A stretch of 61,983 nt of DNA, the filler included, from Choristocarpus tenellus KU-1152 (taxonomy: Eukaryota > Protista > Phaeophyceae), in NCBI GenBank assembly GCA_964200185.2. It is 11 parts of 11 records of this genome, joined end to end, with 100 filler letters (N's around TTAATTAATTAA, not from the genome) between each part and the next. Parts side by side here need not be neighbours in the genome. Positions count along the whole stretch, not along the records: positions 51,031 to 58,152 come from CAXNAD020006656.1; positions 58,253 to 61,983 come from CAXNAD020018252.1; 9 more parts are not named here. The stretch is one strand, 5' to 3'. The notes below the pieces were generated by a model. The model was not told the DNA's origin. It did not search any database and saw only the letters and a list, made by a program, of their open reading frames with translations. Shown here piece after piece: positions 51,238 through 61,983 of the stretch (position 1 is its first letter; each line of letters begins with the position of its first letter). A program made the position numbers and the translations under genes.

Positions 51238-53255
51238 CTGCTCCGGGAACAGGCTGAACATTACAGCAGCCAGGTCCAGGCAGCTCCTCCCCTCCTGGAG
51301 AAGGAACATTTTTTTTTTTTTCACATCGAACACCACAGCAAACAACCATGAGCAGCGCCAGAGGAGAGAGGAGAGGGGTGGCAAGAGGGAGAAGGACAGG
51401 AGGCAAACAGAAGGCTAAACATGCAGGAGATTTGCTAAGAAACAGGTGTATAGAGGAAAGGGCACACATGAGAGGGACTCAGCTCTTCACTGATCAACTG
51501 CCTACGACGAGTATGGAAATGACAAGACTGCAGCACAATCCAAAAAATATAAGAGTCTTTCCGATACCCAAAACATCTGTGTAAAAAGATCGGACTTAAA
51601 GCACAGGAAAAGCTTTAGCAGGTAGGCAGTGGTGCCATCCAGGGAGAACACAATCACAATCTAGAGATCAAGAAAGGAAGTGACTGGGATTCAGCTATGT
51701 CCTACCCCCCTCCTTTTCGCCCAACTCCCACCTACTGCCTCCCTTGTTCCAGTAGAGCTTTCCCCCCCCCTTCCAAATGTCCCCAATTTTCTTCAAAGAC
51801 TGCTATTATGTGTTGGGAAACTCCAGCCAAACTATTGATATTACCTAAGGACTATGTTCTACCATAAAGGTTTTTTGTGCTCTTCAAAAGAAGGCGATGT
51901 TCTTGTTGACTCCACAAAATACAACTATATTGTCAAGATTGGTTGTGTGCGTCAAGCAAACACACACAAGTGCGATACCCCTTGCGTCCCCAACAGACCT
52001 TATCGATGCACTCAAGGGAGGCATTTGCCTTCTCAATGAGGTAGCCCACTGCACCAACTTTTCCTGCGCTAATGGCCAAGCTCAGGGCATTGTCACCATC
52101 CACATTTGCAGCGTCCACATCACAATCTTTCTTCAACAGAAGGTTCATTATCTGAAAAGGGGTGTGGGGAAGGGGAACAGGGTCTATCTATTACTCTTGG
52201 CCGAGAAGAAGGAATGGTAGTGTCTCATTTCTGTGTGTAGATAGATCAAAAGCGGTCCAAGGCTTTACTGGAAGGGGAACATTCATGAACCCTGGGTGTG
52301 CATGGATTTTGCGAAAAAGATCATTCCAGGAGAGGACGCAACACATTGTGTGTGTGTGCCCTGCGTGAGACTATATTGTAGACATGTTGATCTATATGAA
52401 AGTGTGTAGGGATCGCTGTAGTATGATGTACCAGGACATGCTACGCCATCTCCAAATTGGGAGGCATCGAAACGCTAGTTCTATTGATAGATCGCAAACA
52501 TTTTTTATTATTATTTTATTTTGCAATGAAATAGCGCACCAAACATCTCACCATCTGCAGTGTAACGTTTCTCAATCTATGAACCTGGAGTGGTACACTG
52601 AAAGGTTGGAATGCTGGTATTCAATGCTTGCAATGAAGTGTTGGTTTAGCAAACAGCAAGGTATGATGACCACCACCACACAGGAAAAAGATGTCAGTAT
52701 ATATCATGCTATATATATATATATACTGAATGTGGTAAATGTTGTAACATGTTGGCACTCCACCCACAAACTCTTTCTTAGGGTGCAGAAATAGGGGATT
52801 TTCCAGACTAGAGCTTGAGCCATGAAATCAGTATTCTCTATCGTAACAGCGGTTTCTGTTTGTCTGCACTACCTCAGCGGTTGCATTGCCGTGGTGCCCA
52901 AAGGTTGAGTGGTAGGCTTGGGGATTGCCTAATTTGGGATGTTAGCCCTTCGATGGATGTGACAAAAGTCTAATCATGACATGGATTCAATGCATGAAAG
53001 TAGTGTTTAGTTGATTTTTTGTTTTGTAAACCCCTGAGCTACCAAGATGGTAGTCAGCAGCAGGATTCAAAAGGATTACAATGAGCTAATCAAATATTGG
53101 AGTTAGGCTTAGTGCTATACTCACCAGATAAAGTAATTCAAAACACAATGCATTTTCCTTTCAGCGACATAGTAAATTCAGTACGCCGAGTATATATAGG
53201 AACATAAGATGGTCTTTTGGTGGAGATGATACACTCCAACCCATATGAGGCAAGG

Positions 53256-53287
<32 letters not shown>

Positions 53288-55627
53288 AGTAAAAAGACAT
53301 TGCAATACTGCTAACCTGTAGGCTTCTGATTCATTTTCCATGCAAAATGCAGTGGAAGAGTCATTAGCATTTTTTGTTGTTGTTGTAAACATACCTGTTC
53401 CATAATATTGTCATCAATGCAACCAGCAGCAAAACAAAAGTAAACAAAAAAACTGAACAAAAAAAAAATACCACCAAAAGACACCTCTTTTCAGTACACA
53501 ACTTTTCATACAATAGGTGGGAGATGTTTCAAGGACCTCCTATTTCCACAGTCCGATCCATATCTTCCTTTCTCTCCCCCCCAGCCCAGTATCAGGCCCT
53601 CATCAGCAACTATTCATAGTCACTTAGTCTTGGATCACAATCAAAAGTATGTTATTGACCTCACCGGTAGTGAACCCCCAGAGGCCGCAAAATGCAGTGA
53701 GCCAGATCCTTTGGAATTGGTTGTGTTGGGGTCAGCACCAGCCTCCAGCAATGCCATCACAACTTGCATATGTGCCCCAATGCTGGCATACATCAGTGGG
53801 CGGGTACCATTGATATCTGCTGCTTCAACCTTTACTTAATCGAGGTAATCCAAGGGTGCGAAGGGGAATGCGAGGAAGGCGTTTCGAATCCAACCTGTTT
53901 CACTGAAGCGAAATTGACAAAATCAATGATATGTATACTTGCAACAGCACCTGCCCTTCCCTCAGTATATAAGCAAGCCTATCTTTACAATGATGTAGAC
54001 ATGTCATACCCCATCCAGTGGAAGCATTGTTACCGGACATAGGGTGTACACCTGACACCTCCATATGCACCAACACATGAAGCTCCACTATCCACATTAC
54101 ACCTTACTACAAACATTAAAAGAGGGTAGGCAGGCTCATGTTGTAGAACTTTGTGAGGGGAGGATCAATCCTCGGTGTTGGAAATGAATATATTAAACAT
54201 GACTTGCGCTTTCCACATGACAATCTTGCACACTGTTTAGAGCTATTATTATTGCACATCACATGGCATCGAACAGTAAATTATATGCGTGTCAGAAATT
54301 CCCAAGGAAGGTGAGACTCACATCAGACCCTGAAGCAATGAGCCATCCTGTCACCTCAACATGACCAAGTTCAGCGGCAAACATGAGCGCTGTGCGGCCT
54401 TTCTTGTCTGTGAGGTGAACTGATACTCGTGAAAGCCGTGCAGGGAGGGAGGGAGGGAGGGCGGTTGTGCTGTCCACATGAGTAGCTCGCCTTTGGAAGG
54501 TTTAGGATCATTGGGCATATTGGGACGTAACTCTAGTACAAAAGTGTTCCAGTGGTTAAGCTGGGAAACTGTTTCACCACGATCGATACAAATTGCGGGC
54601 TACGTTGTTAATAAGTTGTTAATTCTTGGGCAGGTGGGCCAACCGTTAGCTAATTAATGCAGTGAATTGGGCACCGAGGGATTGGTCATTGATCGGTTTT
54701 ACAGGAAATAGACCTCGAGATTTGTTCTGTGGAAAAAAACTTAACGACAATGATTGCACCCAAACGTCCCAGCTTCACGCCCAATTCTTGTGTCGACGCA
54801 TTAGACAAGGGGTTATTGTTGACAGTTATATCGCTTCATCCTAACACCAGCCACGAAACAGACTCACAACATGGCACGGTCAAAGAAATCAACCCCATGG
54901 TCAACAATCGTACGTACACATTGATTCGATCTTGGCGATCTAAAACGACAATACTTTACTCACCCGAGGCACCCCCGTCCAAAAGGACCCTGACAACAGC
55001 CCCGAAGTAGGCCCACGGTTGGCCTTGCAATTTCATCAGTCCGGTGTACTGTGTAGCGAACATCAGTGGTGTCACAGCGTTGTTTTCAGAGTCGAACATT
55101 ACGTCCACATTTGCTCCTGCAATTAGCAATTCTCGAACTGTTGCATAGTGCCCGCCTATGCAAGCGAACATGAGGGCAGTTGTATCCATTTTTCCATCTT
55201 TCACCTCAAGATTTACTCCAGCTAAGGCTAGCCACTTGGCTACCTCAGCATGACCGTTTTGACTCGCCAGCATCAGGGCGCTATAGCAGTAGTCACAAGG
55301 GTGGGATTGAAGGATCAAGAGGACTGGGAAGTGCAAGGTTAGTTCCACCAAAGTCCGCATCGTCCAAGTGATCCTATCGATGACCAGGCCACGTGCTACA
55401 GTGCAGTACAACTGCTAACCAACGATTTTTTCGCACCTTTCCCCACTTTCGTTCAGTCCATCAACACGTACCCCGGACGCAATCAGTGTTTGCACATCCT
55501 CAAGACGGCCAAGTTTCGAGGCCTCGTAGATGTCCAAATTGGCAGGAGTTTTTGAAGTGCCATCTTTATCAGCGGATTGGAGAGTCGGTTTCCTTTTCCC
55601 CCGTTTCTTCATAGGTTCTTCCTTCAC
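51238..55627 (-). CDS. Ankyrin-repeat protein (about 7-8 repeats), 3'-partial
   Basis: In-phase exons ~55627-55437, 55280-54964 (SALMLASQNGH, TALMFACIGGH, TPLMFA), 54419-54322 (GRTALMFAAELGH), 53829-53665 (GTRPLMYAS, AGADPN), 52151-51999 (DGDNALSLA), 51294-51238 (EGRSCLDLA). Confidence 0.9.
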
Positions 55628-56077
55628 CTAGGTGTACAACCTCAACAACGAGGTATCCTACTACGTAGCAGAGTGTGTGTTTTGTGTTGTGTTTGTAATA
55701 TTCTATGGTTGTTCATGTATTTATTCGAAAACCAACTGAAAAACATTCGACCAATTCCTTATAAATCACCCACGCTATAAATTCGATCTTTTCCCAACAA
55801 TTAACTCACTCTAAAGCAATTTGTTCACTCGCGTATAGCAGTAGATAGAGATCTTCTGGATATTCAAGTAGAGAACCTTCTAGAGAGAGGCCTTGGTGGG
55901 TACTTTTTTCTGTTGGGGTACGTATTACCTGAAGAATCTTTTACCCTTGTGGGTGGTGGGTTGGGTAATTCGAATTCGCTCTCTACTACTTCACTCCACT
56001 TCAACATCCACTCCTAGAAGTGACAGAGGGCATAGAGAGGAAGGAGAAAATCTGGACGATAGCTAGAGGTCCTCAAC

Positions 56078-56906
56078 ATGTCTCGAAAACTAGCCGTTCT
56101 TTCGTTTGCTGCAGCGGTGGTGTCACCCATTGGTGCACTGTTGGCTCCTCACGCATCGCGCTCTGCTCTCACTCAAGGTTGGGCAGGGTTGCCCCAGTCA
56201 AGAATCAGGTAATCAATGCCCGTAAGTGAGTTGGTATGACCTGACGCCGGTCTAGATTATGATGGCCTAAGCATCGACCCGAGTAGACTGTGCAGTTAAA
56301 GTGTACGGTTTGGACTTGGTTTATCGGAGGCGATTTGCCATGTGCTCATCGATATGCTCAACGTTGTCTCCGTTCTGTGATGAGAGCTACATCGTGACTA
56401 CAGAAAAGGACATAGATTAGCTTTCTGAAATTGACTTGAAATAGCCTAACTGAACCACCCTCACCTTGCATTCTTTATCTGCACGACAAATGTCTGCTGC
56501 AGGCGTGCCCAATTTCCCCGCATGCCTATTGTGGCGAGCCTTCACGCAGAATTCATCGACCGCAGTACAATTATTGACGAGATGGAAGATTGGCGCAACG
56601 CGATAACTCCGTCATCGCACATCAAGCGTACTGCTAAGGTGGCGTAATTTAGATATCCCAAGAAGGACTTATGCTTCGTCTTTCGGTTGGTGTGATGCGT
56701 GTTGTTGAGGAAGGATATTTGTGTTGTATCTGTGTTTGTAGTGATATCCAATCCCCCCATTTTTCTGTCCTATGCGCGTGCGTAAATACTATTTCTTTCC
56801 TTGGATCTTAAGCTAAGATATATTTTCGCGTTGTGGTGTTCACTTTTGTCGCAGGAAGGTGGGAAGGACGGTGAAGTCGCCGCCCACCTTCTGTCTCTAA
56901 CTCCAG
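56078..56906 (+). CDS. Unknown protein with N-terminal signal peptide (probably plastid-targeted), 5' exons only
   Basis: In-phase GT-AG exons 56078-56208 (MSRKLAVLSFAAAVVSPIGA-LLAPHASRSAL...), 56503-56638 (RAQFPRMPIVASLHAEFIDRSTIIDEMEDWRNAITP...) and 56855-56906. Not in the ORF track. Confidence 0.6.
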
Positions 56907-57673
56907 GTCCTGTGAATGAATTGTAGCCCTACTGAACAGTACGTGCGCTGGAAAGGTTATCCTCAGATTGACCTTGAATATTGTAGTTTATAGTGATGAA
57001 TAGCACCTCTTGCGCAGCACCTTCCCATGGGCTGAGCTTTCGCACCTACTGACCCTTTTGATCCTAGCTTTATCACTCCAAATTTGGTGTGGTTTGTTTT
57101 GTGACCTTACGCGCCTGGAAGTGATGTCGGCTACTCCAAACAGCTTTCACTTTCGAGTTGCTATAGCATGACATGCATTCAAGGCATGCTTCTCTGTGCT
57201 AAAACTAAGCGATGGCTGCAGGGGTGATACTGATGCAGGCCTCATAGAGGTTGATCTGAAAAGTACTGTTTTTATCTTGTTCCAAAGGTTATGAACCTTC
57301 CCACTCTAGCCTTTGGGGTGTCGAACAAGGTATACGACCTCTTCACAGTTATATAATTGAAGTAGATAACAATTGTCTCTCATTGAGCTAATTTGCCCTG
57401 CCTCTCGTCTTTTGGAAACCCTTGGAGGGATGCAGACAAGAATTTATTTTTGAAGGTCATTTCTGTCCAGTTTTGGAAGCAAGACCACTGATGTCAATAC
57501 TTCCAGCTCACTGATCCGATTATTCTCCCATGAATACCATGCTGAGATTTAGGTCCATCACCTCCTCCAAGTCAAGAAGAAAGTCTACATAATCCACAGG
57601 AAACAGCTATTACAAGTTGATTTTTTTTCACTCATTTTTGTGTTTGAGAGAAGTTGTTTGAAGGATCTCTCGT

Positions 57674-57732
57674 GAGAACTTTGAGGTTGAGTACTTTGAG
57701 GTTGAGAACTTTGAGGTTGAGAGCTTTGAGGT
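57674..57732. repeat. 15-bp minisatellite (GAGAACTTTGAGGTT) x4
   Basis: Read directly from the sequence, with 1-nt variants. Confidence 0.85.
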
Positions 57733-58071
57733 GCATTTCTGTTCCTTGAGGTTTGCAACTGATTAAATGGTGAGGAGGCATGACAATAGCTGGGAGGTCA
57801 TCCCCTCAAGCGTGCACGCCTCCTACGAGTTCACTCTTTGTGAAGCTGTTGTGTCTCGAGAGTGCATTACGTCTAATATCTATGTTGTTGATGGAAAAAT
57901 ATTTTTACAATCATCCTAAAAACTGCTGTTCCCTCTTTTTTGCCCTTCCTCTGGTTTCGTTCCCATGAACAGGACCCACTCCCTGTGATCCTTCTTACCC
58001 ACCCTGCTTGCACTCCAACCCAGCCTACAATGCACCTTTGTGTAATTTTTTGTCTACTTCTCACCTTTGTT

Positions 58072-58106
<35 letters not shown>

Positions 58107-58152
58107 ACAACCCCGAACACCATGGACAACCACCCCTCGCTCATCGACTTTT

Positions 58153-58252
58153 NNNNNNNNNNNNNNNNNNNNNNNNNNNNNNNNNNNNNNNNNNNNTTAA
58201 TTAATTAANNNNNNNNNNNNNNNNNNNNNNNNNNNNNNNNNNNNNNNNNNNN
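58153..58252. other. Artificial contig linker
   Basis: 44 N + TTAATTAATTAA + 44 N. Confidence 0.98.
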
Positions 58253-58288
58253 GAAAAGCTCTATCCTCAATTTTTGAAATCGGCTGTT
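58253..58288. mobile_element. Fold-back MITE family C arm
   Basis: GAAAAGCTCTATCCTCAATTTTTGAAATCGGCTGTT(AA) is nearly identical to 18385-18420. Confidence 0.75.
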
Positions 58289-59699
58289 AAATGCCTTCGT
58301 TTAGTAGTTAGTTACCCATCCACCAAACGTGGGACTGTCCCTGGCAGCGAAAAAAATGTTATATTTTTCGCAAAGTCAACTCGAAACTAAATACATTTAC
58401 TACAACTACTCCTGTTGTTGTCACACGTTTGCAACCAAGTGCATCCATGGAATGTTGGCACGTGGTCCCAGCAAAACAGGCTTCAATATTATTATGTGAT
58501 GCAACAAAGTGTGTTCCAGTTTTCGAAATCAACTTGAAGTGTGGTAGGAATTTTGTGAATTGCTTGTTGGGTTTGAAATTATATTGATTTCGTCAGCTTA
58601 GCTTAGAGGATTATTTATGGTTGAAGTTAAGAGGTGTTCTTGACACCAACAACACATTGGACTATTATTATTTCTCATACTTTGTATTGGCAGTAGTAGT
58701 TGCTGTCATGAACTGGAAGTTGGATGTAATTGTACTACTCCCCCTTTTCATCCTGCGCTTCTGATGTATTGGGTTCAAACATCTCCCCCCTCCTCCTTGC
58801 ACCTACCTCATATTCATCTGTTTCATGGTGTTACATTAGTTCATTGGATATTGATAGAACAGTTTTTGGTTGGGATTTCATTCCATATTTTTCTGTTTAA
58901 TATTGCTACATTATTAGGTTGTTTATTGTTTATTGGATATTGATAAAACAGTTCTTGGTTACTTGTTAGGAATTTTCATATAATATTTAAATATTAGTTA
59001 GAGGAATTGAAAAAAGGTGCACATCACATGTACTTGATAATAATCTTTAATTCGATCTCTCTTATTCTGTATACTAGACCAAGAACGGTCTTGGATGGTT
59101 ATTCCATCTTCGAATCACGATTTGCGAGACTTTCATACATTTTTGTGATTTGCAACATTCTCCAGACCTGTTAGTGAAGTAAGTTCTCATTTAGAGTAGT
59201 AGACTTTGGAATAAAGCGTAGAGATAGAAAATGCCGATATGATACTCGAAATTTACTGAAACGAATATAGAAGATAATCACTTGTTAGAAATAGAAATAA
59301 TGCAACCACAACAAAATTCTGGTTTCTACAAATACTATATATACAATATTTTTATTATTTTTCCCTCTGACATTTTGCAGATGTGTCAGGGGGAAACCAA
59401 TGTAGTTTCAAATCTGTAAGGATAGTATGTTTATGTATTATAATATATAGTAATATACTAGTTACATACAGTTTATCCCTCTTCCATCCAAGCCAACAGT
59501 AAAAAGAACTAATAATATTGATTGTCCAAATCAATTTACAGTAGATAAACACATCTAGATAAACCGATAGAGAGATCAGAACATCTACTTCCTTGAGTTG
59601 GGAACCTATCCCAGTAGTACTTTTTTTGTGTGGGATACCCTTGGTAGGTGGCCTTTGGTCTCGCCCTTGGGGCAGCCGCACATATCTAATAAATTCAAT

Positions 59700-60473
59700 A
59701 TGTTTGGTAGTGGGAATTCCAATGTCAATTCCAGAAGTCCCGCTCGTTCATCTACAAAGCTTCCATCAAGTCACAATCGCACCCAGGAGCAAACTAACCC
59801 GAGGGCTCGGCCTGTTGTAGGGAAGGCAAACTTTTTGGCTGACGATTCGGTCAACATGGCGTCTACTGGTGCGCCGCCCGAGATCCCTCCGCGTGATATT
59901 GATGGGCCAGGAATACTATGCCTGCACAAGACTCAGTTCGTCGCAAAGGAGATGTTCGACGTGTCAACCCGTCATCACGTTTCCCAGAATCAGAAATGTG
60001 CATTCGACTTCTACTTAAAGGGTGACAGAGATGCAGATGCATTCGATGTGAGTGAGAGCCACAATTTGGGGTTGAATAATTTTAGTCTTCGTGAAATATC
60101 AGTGTGAGATATCACTTTGGTTGTGGCGTATTGTTGGGAGGTGCCATCCTCTCCTCCTCTCGACTTTCAGGCAGTTCAAATCAGTGCTAGAAAGATGCCA
60201 GTGCGTTTTCACCATACATTGAATGGAAGTTAAGAATCTCGAGGAAGGTATGTGTGGTATGATGAATAATCCGTGACTCGAAATCCGTCAACCCATATCC
60301 CCTTGAGAGTCCTCATTCAATACCTCATGTTTTGACGCTATACTCTGCTCTGCTCTGGGTGCCTGTTTGAACTTGTAACTTCAGGTACTTGCAAATATTT
60401 TTGGATTTCAGGCTTCTTCAGTCGAAAACCAGAGAGACAACGCTATTTCCATGTTGTCAAGTCGATTCTCCAG
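59700..60473 (+). CDS. 5' exons of an unknown protein
   Basis: Open exon 59700-60047 (MFGSGNSN...FDFYLKGDRDADAFD, donor GTGAGT). Candidate exons end at 60247 (GTATGT) and span 60412-60473 (GTGAGG). The frame of exon 2 is ambiguous. Confidence 0.5.
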
Positions 60474-61371
60474 GTGAGGAGACATATTGTACGGATCCGT
60501 AGGTAAATTGTTACTCTAGTTGGCTTATTCTTGTCCTTGATTATAATGCAATGATAAGAAGAGGGTCTATCTCGGTGATGTTTGTGGGGACTCGTAACTT
60601 TTAGATGGGTCTGTAGCCACCAGTATTTACGCTATCCCCAAGCCGAATCTCAAGTGCCAAACTCACGTGGAACATTGCAATATCTGCCCCAATTATCAAA
60701 GAGGCTTTACGAAATATAGTCACCCGGAGCGTCGGTAGCACTTTACTGAAATGTCAATTAGCACCAGACGCATCATGGATACTCTACCTCTCTATCTCTT
60801 GGAATTTGATTGGTTTGCTGATGAGAAACAAAGACGAAATAGTACACTTATTGTGTATCGCTGCTATGTCAGGTTTGAGTTCGTCTTTGGTTGGAATTGC
60901 AAGCCTTCCTGACCCCTTCTTCCCTCCCCTCGCCTATGTTTATGCCTGTATGCGTGCGTGCGTACGTGCGTGTGTTCTATTACATGTCTGCACCTTTCTC
61001 ATCTTGCCTTGGTGATACCGTACTGTGCCATTGGGTTGGGTTGGGTTGGGTTGGTTGGTAAGCAGGGCTGTGAATCTGACCACTGGAGAGCTGTCGCATA
61101 ATGATAAAGAAGATGTGATGAGGATATATCACGGAGAGATGATGATAAACTACCACCGGTGGTGTCAGTGAGTGCATGAACTGGACCGTACATTGAGGGA
61201 TGTGGATGATTCATTCTCGAATATTGTTTAGTCTGAAATCATTCTAATATTGAGGGATGTGGAGAGACTCTTGGGAGAGTTCCATCATCCTTCATGCTCC
61301 ACGCCATTTGCCTGGGTGTAGATTAGGGTAGGTTTAAGTTTGGAGGAATGTAGAGATGGAGGTAGGAAGGA

Positions 61372-61642
61372 GAGCCAAAGTATGTTAGGGTTAGGTTTTA
61401 GGGTAGAGCCGAGTCCATTTGGGGGTCAAAATCCAATGTTGCAATTTTGATGTAATTTTGGCTGTCATGTTTGTTAGGAGATGTCAATGTCCTTGTTCCA
61501 GACACACCTTTTCATGACGTATACACTTTACCTACTAGGAAACATTTTGGAGTAGGTAAAATGTCATTAAAAACCCCTCAGGAAGTCAATCCCCAGATGC
61601 ACAAACAGGGCAAAACTCTTACCCTCGAAGTTGCTTTCACTC
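61372..61642 (+). mobile_element. MITE family B (271 bp)
   Basis: TIRs GAGCCAAAGTAT ... TTGCTTTCACTC; perfect 4-bp TSD AGGA. Confidence 0.88.
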
Positions 61643-61732
61643 AGGAAGAATAGAATACCCTATAAATGCATTTTATTGGGTAATGGTTTATATGTATTCT
61701 ATTGGCCATGTGTGCGTATCACGGTGCTTCTC

Positions 61733-61806
61733 AGGTTAGGGTTAAGGTTAGGGTTAATGTTAGGGGTAAGGTTAGGGTTAAGGTTAGGGTTAAGGTCAAG
61801 GTTAAG
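61733..61806 (+). repeat. Interstitial telomere-like hexamer array (TTAGGG/TTAAGG)
   Basis: About 12 hexamers, largely alternating TTAGGG and TTAAGG. Confidence 0.8.
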
Positions 61807-61983
61807 TACATAAATTGAGTCTATAGTAGTATAGCAATAATAATGAATTGCTATCGTAAGGGCGCTGATAGGGCTGTGCTGTCTTGTCCCTCCCAATCAT
61901 TCCCCCCCCCCCCCCCCCCCCCCCCCCCACACAAAAAAACCCACCCCCCCCCCCTCACCCCTTTTCTTCCTCTCATCCTTTTC

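Noticed and set aside
61471-61653. Similar small ORFs at 6892, 45341 and 61471 suggesting a peptide family
   Set aside because: They are translations of MITE family B; frames and strands are not conserved.
1-61983. Functional gene cluster (ICL, OGT, phosphatase, oxidoreductase) or CRISPR-like array
   Set aside because: The genes lie on separate concatenated contigs, and no regularly spaced repeat-spacer array was seen.

Overview
Eukaryotic, intron-rich nuclear DNA. Bipartite plastid-targeting presequences, 0.3-2 kb GT-AG introns and TTAGGG-like repeats suggest an ochrophyte such as a brown alga or close relative (inference). The window is not continuous. It is 11 contigs joined by ten identical artificial 100-nt linkers (44 N + TTAATTAATTAA + 44 N), so adjacency across linkers means nothing. 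I reconstructed these spliced genes by eye: a calcineurin-like PPP phosphatase; a PAP/fibrillin gene head-to-head with an O-GlcNAc transferase (GT41) gene; the C-terminus of a ferric reductase/NOX-type oxidoreductase; isocitrate lyase ending in SKL; an ankyrin-repeat gene head-to-head with a signal-peptide gene the ORF track misses; and two unknown genes. Mobile DNA is abundant: a decayed DIRS/Ngaro-type retrotransposon, a CRE-like LINE fragment, an intron-containing DUF7869/Sola-like DDD transposase, three MITE subfamilies sharing one TIR with ~4-bp TSDs, a fold-back MITE family, and a minimal LTR-PBS-LTR (TRIM-like) unit carrying a CCA-ended tRNA 3' fragment. Exon boundaries are manual and need RNA-seq confirmation.
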